From Ascidiella aspersa (Eukaryota): a stretch of 64,000 bases of DNA. Below the pieces are notes generated by a model. That model was not told the DNA's origin, searched no databases, and saw only the letters and a list, made by a program, of their open reading frames with translations. Both the position numbers and the translations under genes were made by a program. This document shows, one piece after another, positions 50,335 through 63,700 of the stretch; the stretch's first letter is position 1, and every line of letters begins with the position of its first letter. Where the stretch lies: positions 12,834,001-12,898,000 of the forward strand of contig OZ004607.1 of assembly GCA_963924565.1 (NCBI GenBank), read 5' to 3'.

Positions 50335-50932
50335 AGAGAATGAGGTTGCACTTAGGGTTCCTCTCCAGGAATGTTGCAACAGGAAATTCCCGGGATTTCC
50401 TGCGAATTAATCATCCCGAATCCCGGAATATTTTTGTTTTAATCCAGTGTATTTGGCAACATAGCAAAACTTGCTTTATTTGCGCTTATCAGCGGAAAAA
50501 AAATTGATTAAATTCATTCTACCAAAAAATAGTGTTTTTTTTAAATAAAAACAAACAAGGGTGCTGACTTTAATACGAGAAGGTCTTGTAAGATTGCAGA
50601 AGCAAGACTACAGAACATAAATGAGCTTAATTAAATCTTTGAAGCTAATATAAAATAATTTTAAACGTCATAATGACATAATTTTAGGAATATTTTTTTT
50701 TGTCGGTAATACGGGGATTCCCAGGAATTTTTATTTTTCAATCCCGTTTCCCGGAGTGGAAAAATCCAGGAACAAGAGGAACCCTAGCATGAAGACAAAT
50801 TGTATTGAGTTATCGACAAGCTTTCGCATAACCGTGCTTCATTTATACTTTGACATGATGAAGCAGGGTTGTGTGGAAGCTTGTCTATAACTCAATACAA
50901 TTTGTCTTTACACAGTGCCACCTCATTCCTCT
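50335..50932. repeat. ~75-bp-arm palindrome whose left arm is split by a MITE
   Basis: The left arm (50335-50352 plus 50787-50842) pairs with 50858-50932 across a 15-nt loop. Confidence 0.85.
50353..50786. mobile_element. TAGGGTTCCTCT-terminus MITE, 434 bp
   Basis: tagggttcctct / agaggaacccta with cccggga repeats; a 5'-truncated second copy lies at ~51097-51621; no 8-bp TSD visible. Confidence 0.85.
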
Positions 50933-50985
50933 ATTTAGAGTTAGACAAATACGGCCATTTACATAGATAGTTTAAACAAATATTT

Positions 50986-51795
50986 GGCACTGTTTTAAAA
51001 TCCTACTACAATGCACATTATTGGGGTTGCGCAAGTTAGCGTTTGGGTTTATCATAATTATTAAACAATAATTATAATTCGTTGCCTGAGTAGTATTATT
51101 TGCGCTTACCAGCGGAAAAACCTAATTCAATTTATTCTAACAACAAAATGCGTCATGCATGCACAAATAAGGGTCCTGACTCGTATTAGAGGAGGTCTGG
51201 CGCGTATAAATTAATAAAAAAAAACGGTCTTTAAATACCGCTTACCACAACGCAAATTATTTAGGTTAGAATGTGGGTTAGCGTTTGGGTGAGGGTGGGT
51301 CAAGCGTTATTATTAATAATAAACATGATATTACTTGACCCACCCTCACCCAACGCTAACCCGCACCTTAACCCAAACAATATGCGTTGTGGTAAGCGGT
51401 ATTTCTTTCTTTTGCATAACTTTCCACGTACATAAGTGAAAGAACGCCCATAAATGAGCTTAATTAAATGTTTGGAGCTAAAATAAAAAAAATACAAACC
51501 TTAAAATGACGTAATTTTATGCATAATTTTTTCGTCGGGATCCCGGGATTCCCGGGAAGTTTCATTTTTCAATCCCGTTTCCCGGGAGTGAAAAAATCCG
51601 GTAAAAAAAAGAGGAACCCTAATCCTAACCTCCAAAATAATTGTTTGGACGCTGTGGTAGGATTTTAGACCAGTGTAATAAAAAACGTAATTTAATTCAC
51701 CAACCCGGACCCAAACAATAACCGACACCCTAACCCAAATATTGTGCGTTGCACTATTATTTATTTGAATGTGTGGTAGGATCTAGACAAGCGCC
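50986..51795. mobile_element. Nested cluster: GGCGCT-family element (~50986-51677) > truncated TAGGGTTCC MITE (~51097-51621) > foldback (51199-51448), followed by a further half element
   Basis: Direct similarity to 16176-16371, 17296-17567 and 50353-50786. Confidence 0.75.
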
Positions 51796-52689
51796 TGATG
51801 TTTAACTTGTGCCATTTTTAAACAATTTAACTACACATCCTTAACCAGTCAGACACCAAGAAAAGGCCTCGCTAGAACTACTAACCTAACAATAGGCATG
51901 CAGTAAGGTCGTCAACATTCATTGGAGCTACTCTTTGTTTTTTTCTTGTTTTTAATGATTCGACAAGGTTGAATAGGTTTCTTCACAGATGAGTAAACAT
52001 TACGTGTTAGACTATTGCAGTGGAACGGGATCCAACTTGCAACGGCTGTGTAATCCATAAAAATAAAGTTTTTATAACTTACGATATTTAAATGTAAATC
52101 TACTCCTAAGAGCTTATTAATACTGAATACACAGTACAATAATGAAATAACAAAATAAACTATAGATAAGTAAATAAGTTAAAATCGAGTTACACTTTGT
52201 CAGCTTGCGACGTACAAAACATATATATTATTGTGAAAATTGGGAGTAGAATACCAAGAAATTACATCTATTTTTGAAACAGTAATGATCTACTTAGTTG
52301 CCAAAGCAACGAGTGGAATGTAACAGCGCAGATCTACTTGGCAGATAATAAATTTACATCACCACAGCAAGGATTTTAAAAGCACTAAATAAGAATACTT
52401 CTATTCTTATGTTGTAAAAATTTATTTACTAAACAAAAATCGAAAAAGAAAACATTTTAATTGGTTATTTTTAATAAAGGTTTAAACTATTTTTGTGATC
52501 TTAGATATAACTATTACGGACGAAATCTTTTTTATTATATGATCGCAAGCTTGACGTATTTTTATGGACATCGAAACTTTACCTAGCTAACTAAAGAAGT
52601 TATCTTATTACCGGTTATTAAATGTTATTATCCTGTTGTGAACTGAGAGTTGTTAACGACAATATAACAAGTTTAAGTTGACGTACATA

Positions 52690-54447
52690 ATGAGTTTACA
52701 CCGCAGACTAAGCATACATGAGCTTTCTTCACCCAACAAAAACGCCAATGATATCACAGAAAATTTGTCAACCTTGAGTTTTGAGCACGCCTTGTCAACA
52801 CAGGAAAAACATTACCTTGCACTACGGACACGATATCATGCATTCACAGTGTCCTCATGTGCACATGCCACTTTTATTGTTGCAGCACTTAATGAATTAA
52901 GGTAAGATAAATCTTTAATTTATTTAAAACCTAAAAACAAAGCTTGGTTTTACAGACAAGTTCTTTCTCAAATTCGAAATCCTATAAATCAAAAAACAAT
53001 CAAATTTTTAAATCAATCAGCTCCAAGAAACCCTATCAAAGTGGGTTTTATTGGGTGTGGAAGGCTGGGAAAACAGATAGTTACTTCTCTCCTAACATTT
53101 GCTGACATCAGACCACAGGAAATTATCATTTCAACTCGAAGACCACATGTTCTAGGTACAAGTTTACATTAACAACATTGGACCCCACTTGATTAATTAT
53201 ATATTTTTTGTTGTAGAACATTTTCAAAAGGCAGGGTTGGTTTGTTTACATGACAATAAGGAGGTGGTAGCAACATCAAACATTGTGTTTCTTTGCTGCC
53301 TTCCATCACATGTACCTTCTATTGCTGAAGAAATAGCTGGATATATATCAGCTGATTGCCTGTTGTATAGCTTTGTTACTGGCTTATCGATTTCTAGGTA
53401 ATCATTCTTAAACATAAACTTACATTAAAGTGTGTGTCTTTTTTAATACAATATGATTGTTTATAAGTATGTTTATTGACCTGTTTTTGGTCTTTTAAGA
53501 CTTCGCCAAACTTTACAACACACCAACATTGCAAAAATGGACTTCACATGGTCATTAAAGAACTCAACAAAACTGTGGTGCATTGGAAATGATGTAGTTA
53601 ATTCACTTAAGATGCCCAACATTGCATTGCTTACATGTCCTCTTAGCCCGGAATCAAAAATAGGTATGTTAAGCATTATTACTTTGGTATATTATATATT
53701 GGTGTTTCCCAACCAGGATGTTGTTTCCTTATGGAGTTGATTGCGTTGTTTCAGTATCGCTTAAAGTAAAATTACGGTAAATCACTTAAAGTACATTCTT
53801 CACACTATTTTTTATTGTTTATGGCAGTGCCCTTAGCCATCAAAGGTTGGAAACCACTGTTCTATATCATATTTCTTCAACCCTTTTACTTTAGATTTAT
53901 TTTTAGTTTATTCTTCTCAGCTCTTTGTGGTTGAATATTAATATTCATTACAGTTTAACTTATTTGTGTTTCAGGTAGTCCAGTATGGTCAAGTTTAAAA
54001 ACTTTTGAAACAGTAGTTTATGCTGCACTTAATATGTGCCCATCATTGGGTGTCACCGTTGAAGAAACTTTAGAGCTTTTAAACATTGTTTTTCTTGCAA
54101 AGTCTAATGCTGACAAGTCAAGTTTTTCTTGGAAACATTTCCTTGATGAAGAATCTGCAAACTATGTGGAAAAGGGGTAGGACAAGCTTAGTTTTTTCCA
54201 TCTTGTATTGTGTAACTTTTGTCGTAATAGCAAAATTTAGGTTGGTATCTTAAAAATTGCATATTATGTTACGTTACAAATTTATAGTAACTGATTTTGC
54301 TTTTTTAGCAACCTTCCAGTCTTTGACTTATTTCACATTGCAACTCAAGACACTCCATTTACTACATTTTTACAATCAACAACAGAGGGAGCTTTACATG
54401 CGATGCTGATTAAAAAGTACCTTGCAACATTTAACACCCTACAATAA
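52690..54447 (+). CDS. NOXRED1: NADP-dependent oxidoreductase domain-containing protein 1, ~365 aa, 6 exons
   Basis: Exons 52690-52901, 52956-53155, 53217-53397, 53500-53663, 53975-54176, 54309-54447. Motifs LSTLSFE, CAHATF, Rossmann KVGFIGCGRLGKQ, ISTRRP, VFLCCLPSH, LYSFV and PVFDL...TPF. Confidence 0.92.
53700..53859. mobile_element. Short hAT MITE in NOXRED1 intron 4
   Basis: tggtgtttcccaacc / ggttggaaaccactg; TSD ttatatat / ttctatat (7/8). Confidence 0.7.
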
Positions 54448-54669
54448 CTGCTGTGTTTTTATTTTTCGCTGAATTCTTTTTTTAAATTCTTTTTTCCTAA
54501 AGATGTTTTTATTGCTCTGTATCACTGTAAGGGGTGCAAATGTTTATTTGGTATAAAAAAAGAAGGAAAAAAACGAAATGTTACTTTTGGAAGGATTTGT
54601 GATAAAAAAATATGCAGGTAATTTTAATATTAATTGCACACATTATATAAACAAAAAATGCAATTGATT

Positions 54670-56125
54670 TTATTGAGGAGGTGGAAGCCCATTGATAGCT
54701 GGAATGGTACTGGGTTCTGCTGTTGAAGTATTCTTTATAGGAGCATCTGTTGTATCAATATTGTTTTCTTTATTTGAAGGACATGTTACTAAGGTTCCAG
54801 AATTTGTAATGTCACGTTTTGTCCATGGTGAAGCAATGACTTGCTTTCCAGCTGGATTTGTTATTACATTGTCCCATACAAAACTTCCGTGAAGCTAAAA
54901 TTTAAAATAAATAGTTCATTGAATGTAAAAAGTAGTGTTTTTTTCCCTAAAAATCTAACTCACCTTTCCTCTGATAGGCTCACTGGGATCAGAACGACTA
55001 TCAAAGTTGTGTGTGTATGATATTTTTTCCAACAAAATGTCACCAGGATCTTTTTCTTTTTTAGGTGTGGTGACTGGTACTGGAGTTAAATTAAAGCAGG
55101 TGTTAATTTCAGGCTAATTTGTTTGTTTTTGTATTAACACACCATCCAGTACTTACATATTCCAGAGGCAGGGTTAACTTTTGGATTGCTTGTGTGCCTG
55201 GAAGTTCTTTTTAGTGGTTTACTAGCTTGGTAGTCAGATCTTTGGGTAGTGCATTTAGTGAATGGGGGTTTCACCAATGGTGCCTCACCAACGTCAGATG
55301 GCCACCAATCATTTTGCTCTGTATCAGTCTCAGTTGTTGCAATGGAACAGATTGGTTCATTCAAAATTCTTTATCAATGTAGAAAATATTAGATTAATCA
55401 AAACAGAAAAAAAGATGAAAATTCATTTATACAACATAGTTAATTAATAGGTTATCAATTTATTTGCTGTTATTTGTTTGTTACACTGAATATGGTATAT
55501 TGGAAATCACCTTGACCCTTGCAATATTAATGTGTAACTTAATTCCTGATAAATCAGTAACAGCAGAATAGTCTAGCAAAACTAATGATTCAAATTAAGA
55601 TAAAGGCTTCTGACAACGTCGCAAAGCATATATATATTTATATACATATTTTTTAAGATATTTTGATAGTGTCCGACCTGAATTGCTAGACTATTCTGTT
55701 TCGTTATTTGTTTGATTTTATTTGAATTTTACTAAATATGGTCAATTTTATCGATGACCAAAATAGGAAAAGAACTTACCGTACATTATGACGCAAAAAG
55801 CGGCTATGCCAGGGATGCGGACAGTTTCTTCTTTCTGGCTCTCTGGGATGGGGCGGTGGAGGGTCTCTCTTCCTCTCGATGTGGGCCTTGTTTAAGCGAG
55901 AATCACCCAGAGAGTCATCGGTTACACCACAGTCAAAAATTCGGTTTGAATCAGGACTGAAATATTATGTTTCTGTTCAATGTACTATCAAGTATCAACC
56001 TCCCAAATATTAGGCCTATTCTAAAATTCTCTAAATACAACTTTGATCGAGTAAACGGTAACTTACTTGTAGTACCCTGGGACGCGCTTTTTCCTTGCCA
56101 TGTAGATTTCCATTGTTTGATTCAT
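54670..56125 (-). CDS. CIMIP6: C2orf73/CIMIP6-like ciliary microtubule inner protein, ~262 aa, 5 coding exons
   Basis: Exons 56125-56067, 55956-55780, 55368-55157, 55079-54964, 54894-54670. SRFLRHNVRILNEP, QNDWW, TTQRSDYQ, PASGILP and EKISYTHNFDSR...EPIRGKLHGSFV match recalled C2orf73 motifs. Probable 5'UTR exon at ~56871-56678. Confidence 0.82.
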
Positions 56126-57900
56126 ATTGCGTATCGAGTATCTTTATATGTGGCGGCAGTCCACGCTCAAGGAGACGCTTCTCTGTATCCATTGGATACA
56201 AAGTGGTAAAGTCCCCTTGTGGCGAAATGAAAAAGGTTTTTCTTAAACGAAAAAGTTTTTTTGCTCGATTTATGACGTTATTTTTAAATGCAGATAAAAT
56301 TATAACAAAAAATTCAAGTTGCTATTCTAGTTGAATTGTACTATATAGTGTTTAAGTTTTCGCATATTATTTTGGTGAGTTTCACGGAATCCTTTACTTA
56401 AGCCAAAGCTTAAGCATAATAAATAAATAACAATACAATTAAATTTGGTTGTAAAACAGTCAAAATGCTGACATATCCGTATTTATTTACGCTGTTTATT
56501 ATAGCTTTACCAAGGATACTATACTATAGTGTACTGTAAATTATCTTTGGTTTTACCCAAAGAGATTATCTTTTACCTTTATATTTTACAAGTATTACGT
56601 TTTACGCGAAATATTGATACGCTTGAGAAACCCTGGGTTTTTTATTTGTTTACTTTTTTGTGATACTGATGAAGCACCTCCTTGTCACCCGATCCGACTC
56701 GTTTGGGTCGCTTCAAGCCGTCTTATAATTTCACTTCTTCGGCCTTAAAGCAGTCCCGTGGATGTCCACTGACCCACTGGTGGGTAAACTTGCCTGCTTT
56801 ATGCCAACAGCTTATTCCACTCGGTTCACAGCACTCACGAATCTTCGTGAATGTGATTTACTGGCAAGCGGCTATAGAGAAACGCAATATTTTGCTTTTT
56901 TATTACACAAAGGTAACGATTTCACCCGAGAATGATGCAAAGATGAACTGCTTAAGTAATAACGAATAAAAACAGCAAAAATATATTTAGTTTACGAATA
57001 ACTAGGAAATACGAAAATGTAGAATTTTTAATATTTTTTTTAAAACTTATACTCTCGTATAAGGGGACTCCCCATTGTAGCGACCGTAACACTAAAAAAC
57101 TTCAATTCAGCTTAAAAAGTTGTCTTTCTGTCAGCACGGTTTTAAAAATTATGAAAAAAGGCAAAAAGTAATTACCTGATCAGTTAACATTTCCTGTCAG
57201 CTATGTTTTAGTCATGATAAAGTGTATTATATTCGGCCCTGAGGGTGTCATGTAGCCTGCAGAGCCACTGCCTGTACACGTAGCTTTCCCTGTTATTGCA
57301 TTGCAGCAATAATATATTGTTGAAAATGTTAGGCGCAATCTAACCTATAGAAGATGGTTGCTTACTAGTCTTTACTACCGTTTTGGGCAGCCTAACGTAT
57401 AGTAAAGGGCTTTGTTACTCAAATAACGCTATACCTGCAGAACGAGTCTGTGACCCGACTACCGCTAACATTCGGTCACATTTTTATTAGTATTTAACTG
57501 TTTTCACTAGTCTGGACCTATCACTTATCAAGAAACACAGTCGTTTAAGCAATCATTTTTTGTGGCTTGTCTAGTTGCCCAGGTCTAAACATGTAGCGAG
57601 CCAACATATTTGTAATTATAACTTGTGCGCTGTGCGTAAATAGACCAAATCTTAGTTTAAAACTGTCCTGGCATATTTCGTTTTCCCCCGAACCAAAGTC
57701 AGCAACTGACTAGCTTACCCGCCATCGCCCTTGTCCCGTATGGAAAATATGACAGATTGTGATGAAATCGTGCGATTGCACTGCCAGAAAATTTGGGGTG
57801 ACCTGATGCAACTAAGGTCAAAACTGCACTCGCCAATATAATTTGTTGAAAAACTGCTATTATGCTATTATATTCATTTTCAAGGGTTGAAGGTCTAGTC

Positions 57901-58108
57901 CAGTGTTTCTTAACCTTTTGACTTGGTGGCACACCTATATGAAAACGTGGCGGCGCACCTTGTGAGCGAAGCGTGCGAGAATTTTTTTAGGTGTACCCGG
58001 TATTTCTTTTACTGCAATTTTTCAAATATTGTTTAATAGTTGCATATCTTTAAAGGGACTCCAGTGTTTAAGACTGAAAACGCCGGGCGCACCGGTTGAG
58101 AAACACTG
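57901..58108. mobile_element. hAT (Charlie-like) MITE, 208 bp
   Basis: cagtgtttcttaacc / ggttgagaaacactg; perfect TSD gtctagtc. Confidence 0.92.
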
Positions 58109-58450
58109 GTCTAGTCTGTTAAAAATAATTGTGGGTGCACTTGTCATACTTTCCATGATGGACTCTTGTGCTATAATATAGTTTAACACAGCTACTGGAA
58201 ATACACCCAACCATACACAACAATCATATTGCAATACTTGCGAGACATGTTCTTGCTGCACTGTGAACTGTATTTATTAAAAGCAGAGCTATGCTGAATT
58301 TTTTAAATTTACATATTTTCAAGAACCTGACTATCGCTACACTGACAATATGCACTTTAAAACACTGAGGCAGTTTCTTCCGTTTTGATCTTTTTTGTGT
58401 TGGCTCATGGACTGCCTCCTTAAACGACTCTTGATAACTTTCACATTCAC

Positions 58451-58542
58451 TGTAATGTTTTAAAAAATGGTGTGCTTACACTGTAATCTGTAATGTTTAA
58501 AAAAAATGGTGTGCTTGTAATGTTTTAAAAAATGGTGTGCTT
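58451..58542. repeat. Short tandem repeat, 3 copies of tgtaatgttttaaaaaatggtgtgct
   Basis: Directly visible. Confidence 0.85.
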
Positions 58543-59140
58543 AGGAGTATTTTTTTACTTTTGCTCATTGTAGCATCATAGTGCCACCGTGCTATACATC
58601 CCCCAAAATCTATACTGCATTAAACTGTTTATGCCCCAAATGCTGTGCATACTATCGTATGTTGAGCTGTGTGACTTATAAATGCTACAAAGTAAATTTT
58701 TATTAAATGAAACTATAAACTTTTTGCACTAAATGTCTAATTATTAGTATTAAGTGTTTTATGACAAAAACTCTGTGATATAATTCGCTTAATGTGCTGG
58801 GCCTTTAAAAGCTCTTGAAAGAGCATTTTGGGCAGCGACAAAAAAGTTTGTAGGCCACTGCTTAAAGAACATTGTACCCAAGTTGGAAAGTTTGCCTTAT
58901 CTTATGCAGTTGCACTTTGTGCATTTTATGGAAATTTACTGTGGAATCAGATTAACTCCACAATCACAATATAAAACCCCTAGTACAGTTTTCAGTTGAA
59001 CTTTATCTAAACTAGACAAATTGCATTTGTAAGGTTATTACAGCCTATTCTGTTCTCCAGGACAGGTGCACACCCAAATTAGTGAATTATAGAAAAAGAT
59101 TTAGTTGTGGTTGGATTCAGAACTTTAATAAACATTAAAC

Positions 59141-59683
59141 CAGGGGTGTCCAACTCAAACATGCCAAATTTTTATCTTATAACTTCTTCCCGTGCCAAAG
59201 CGTGCCAATTTTTATCTTATAACTTCTTCCCGTGCCAAAGTATCGTAACCGAACCAATTCTTTTTAATCATAAAAGCGCTTTTTTACCAATAATCAGAAC
59301 GTTTATTTAAACTTGAAAATAACTATCTAGTAGAAAGGCGCATCCCTACATCAAAGTGTCTCTCGGTGAGCTGACTTTTGTTTCTTTACACCAAGCTATA
59401 TAATATTATGTGAATGCTAGCCTCCACACAGTATAATGTTACTATATCAAAAGTAATTGTTGGTTGTCGTGATTGCCGCGATTGTTTTATATTGTGAACA
59501 AACAATGGCAATTGGTTGTATAACAAACTTAATATTTTCTGAAAATTGGCTCTATAACAAATTGAGCTTTTTTGTCAATTGGCTAAATAACAATTTTAGT
59601 GTTTTTTGGGCAGGGCTTGCGTGCCATTTTTTATTAGGTCACGTGCCACATTTGGCCTGAGTGCCGCTTGCTGGACACCCCTG
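59141..59683. mobile_element. hAT MITE, 543 bp, with an internal ~40-bp tandem duplication
   Basis: caggggtgtcca / tggacacccctg; perfect TSD cattaaac. Confidence 0.92.
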
Positions 59684-60352
59684 CATTAAACCTTGGCCCA
59701 ACTGAAAATTTGATGCCACTCACCTGAGGTCTTGACCAAATGTGCCATGAAATGCTGACTGAAAACAACACATTTAACGGTTACTAATACTAGCAATATA
59801 GTAGAGTCAGAGCTTTATTATTCACGATATACTTTTAAAAAGGCAATACAGCATTCAACCGCAAAACTATTTGCTAACATTTATATTAATATCATGAAAT
59901 TAAAACAAATATTCAACATTATAAACAACTGACATTTCAAAAAGTTGTATAAATTGTAGTCCATAACTACCAACAAAAAATATCATAACAGAAACACCTG
60001 GTTGTTGCCCAAACTTAATTTTTTGTTTATTTAATGAGTGCGGTGCAACACAATGAGCTCTTTACAAAGGGGGGGAACTGTTGTATTGTATTTAAGTTTT
60101 GCTACAACTGATCTGGTTAATCAGCTGAATATGATGCTGAAAAGAACATGTTACTATTTGCCATTAATATCTTATTATCACTGGGTAAAGTAACCTTTGT
60201 TAACCTCGAGTAACCCCACGCAAATATTATTATTAGGCGAAGGTTAACAGCAAATAATTAGAAAAACGCTGGTGTCGCAGTACATGGCTACCTTTATAGC
60301 AAGTACAGTAATTGTTTCGCCACTGCTACAGACCTTTATTCAAACTTGCCAC

Positions 60353-60787
60353 TTGCGTATGTACAATTAGGAGCAACTCTTTGCACTCCAAACTCAACCT
60401 ATACTTCAAGCTAAAAACTATATTGGTTCCAACCATCAAATACAGCAAAATTAGATACAATATAAGCTTAAAGATTCTCTATTAAATATTGAATATCCCT
60501 ATGTTTAACCCACTCTTCAGCTAAGCATAATGGGTGCAACAAATTCAGTCTGCAATTTCATTAATATTTTAAATTGCGTATGTACAATTGAGGCAATTTT
60601 TTGCTGTAAAACTTGAACTATATTGGTTTCAACAATCCAAAACAGCGAAATTAGATACAATATAAATTTGGATTTGAATCTTAAGATCCTTTATTAAATA
60701 TTGAATATCCCTTTGTTTAACCAACTGTTCAGATAATCGTAATAGGTGCAACAAATGTCCATCAGCAATTTCATTAATATTTTAAAT
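60353..60787. repeat. ~220-bp tandem duplication
   Basis: ttgcgtatgtacaatt...gcaatttcattaatattttaaat occurs twice (60353-60573, 60574-60787). Confidence 0.85.
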
Positions 60788-63700
60788 ATACTAAAATTAA
60801 ACAAATTATTATAAGAATGATTAGTATTTGATTACATTCCATAGGATTTAATACATTTTTTGGTATTAGTTATATGTAGGGCGATTACTTTTTGATAAAA
60901 TGTCCATTACAAATCAGTTATTTTTTCGGGTTTACAGATCTCTTTAATGCATAGGTGATATTTTAGTTATATCTAAATAACAAACAGCTATGAAAATGCC
61001 TCAGAAAAACAAGACGCTGGTTATTTTAGAAAAATGTTGTTGGAAATATCTCTTATTGCAAGACAGAATCACAATTATGTTTAATGTTACTTTATACCGC
61101 TGGATTCTAAATAAAAAATTATATGTAATTTTTTGTACTGACAATATTTGAGACTACTAAATTATTTTCCCTGGATTTTTACACATTATCAGCAAAGATG
61201 TACAGTGTACTTTATACTTATTTCTTATCGATAGATAACTTTAAGTATTTCAACCAGCACTTCTGCTAAACTATGTATTGTCCTTCAAACTTCATGAGCA
61301 TTTTGAGGCATTTTGCTAATAAAGTGTATCTGTACTGGTACAACATTCTCAATTACTAGATAATATAGGTATTTTGGAGTTCTAACAACCTGTTTATATT
61401 TGTGTCATTAATTGGAAAATACCAATCAAATTTTAACTACACTTCTGTTTTAATTTATACATATTTTTAATAAACAAATCCTATTAGAATGTTGACTAAA
61501 AAAAACAACATGACTAGGCATTTGTTTAAAGAATTGCTTTGCCTGTATTAAAATTTGGGTTTGAAGGCATAGATTTAAACAAAAAAATCAGCTTCCAGAC
61601 ATTTTGTTAGATAACAGGAATCCTAGTTCATTTTTTTAGCTTTAGGAAAAATTAATTACAAATTGGTTACTTGCTTAAATCCTATAGATGACATGTGGAA
61701 CAGTTTAACATTAGTTTTTTAATTAGGATTGTTTTTCTTTAATTTGTTTTTTAGATTTCAGCAATAGTCTATCAAAATGTACAGTTGCTTTTCTCTGAAA
61801 AGAATGATACCAAATGATGAACATGCTATTATTATACTACATGTTATAAAAAAACAGATGAGATGAATATTGAGGATACATCATTGTAAAAGAATTGATT
61901 GATCAATGTAAACAGGTATTTTAAAATTAAAATGACAAATTTCATATTTCATAAAACAGGGAATTTCAGTGTTGACTAAAATAAAGCAAATGGTATTTTC
62001 AAACTACCTATTCTGTTTATAAATTTACATATACATTCAATGGGTATCTTACAGTCCTACAGTTTGTTGTAACTTAGTAACGGTAAGAGGGATTTTGCTA
62101 CGACTAGCACTTGAACTATTTATTTTACAGTTTTAGTCAGATATTGAAACCTTTGCACACTATATACTTTGATATTTACTGTCAGATATTAACAACTTAT
62201 GTATATATATACACAGAGCTACTTTCCAAAGTCAACTACACAAAGACAACTGCTTGTAAGTTAAACACAACAGGATTTTCAACACTAATGTTGCTTGATT
62301 AAAGATTTACTCAAACGTTCCAAGAATGCTACATAGTTCTCTATGGGCTTTGATTTTGTTTAAAGCCAACTACAACCTCTAGTTTGTGTTCCAAACTCAT
62401 TGGCCAATTTGTTAAAAAAACTAATTTGTTTAAAACCGCCATAATTTGTCACTCCTATTACAAGTGCAAGTATGTTTAGTTATGCGTTTGTTTTTATACA
62501 TTGTTTTTCATTTTTGCTACATGACGTTAATTAATTAAAATTTCCAATAGTGCATGATGTTTTTAAGGGGTTAAATAGCAATTGTACGAATTCGTTAACG
62601 GTTTGTTAAGTTGAACAAAGGTTAACCACCACTTATTTACCCCGATATCCCTATTCCAAACGACACTTTAACCTAACCCTTAGTTTGATAAACAAACAGA
62701 CCAGTGCCCAATCGTTCCATTGCTCTCTAAGCTAAATATTTTGATGTTTTGATTTCAATGTAAGGGTATTCCGGTTGGCCACGGTCTACTCCGTCGTAGG
62801 ATTACATTTGGGTTTCATAAAAACGTTATTTTATTGCTATTTTGCGCTAATGGTGCTTATTCTCGTTACGCTTTTCTATTACGCTGTGTAATAATAAGCT
62901 CATCTGTCATTGGTTTATGTTTTTCTACTTAGATTTGTGACTCTTACTCACTAATTGGCTCACACTTTTGTTAAGAATTGCAACTTTCTTTTCGTCAATT
63001 TAGAACAAACTACTATGCCATGTGAAAAGTATCTGTTTTGTGTTGCTTTTGGGTAATATTGTTTATTTTTTCCGTATTTGTCTGTGTTTTTAACGTTCTA
63101 CTCTGAAATGGTAAAAAACAGTTATCAATGTAGGGCGGCCTTCTTTTTAACATTGTTTTGAATATGCTTCTGTGCAAAAAAACAAATACTTTTGACCGTA
63201 GTCATTAACTTGATCGATTAATATTGTCATAAATCGTCATCTCCTGCGTAGTATAACTTGCCAAGAGTAAAATTTGATTGTGCCTAATAATATGAAATAA
63301 ACAAAACAGTTGTTAATAAAATACGATTTTAATGCTGTTACCAAGTTATTTAGAAATGTAGTGCTAGTTAAATCAAGAAAACTATTACGTGGTAAATAAC
63401 GTGTTATTACAAAATATTACTAAATAACGTGTTATTACAAAAAAACTAAAATTTAAGTGCACTTTATCATAGAAATACATTGTTGAGGAAAAAACAGCTC
63501 CATGTTGTGTAGTGTAGTGATCTTGTGACCTTGTGGGCAACAATTAAGTTGTGCGAGCCAAGTTTAAAAACGACTTCGATAACTTATTGTTATCTAATTC
63601 ACTTTTAATAAAAGCAAAGAATTCAGTGTAAAGCAGGTTTAGTCACGTTCTTTTAAAATATAGTGTTAAAATTTAACATATCACATATTTTTTCCGCTTT

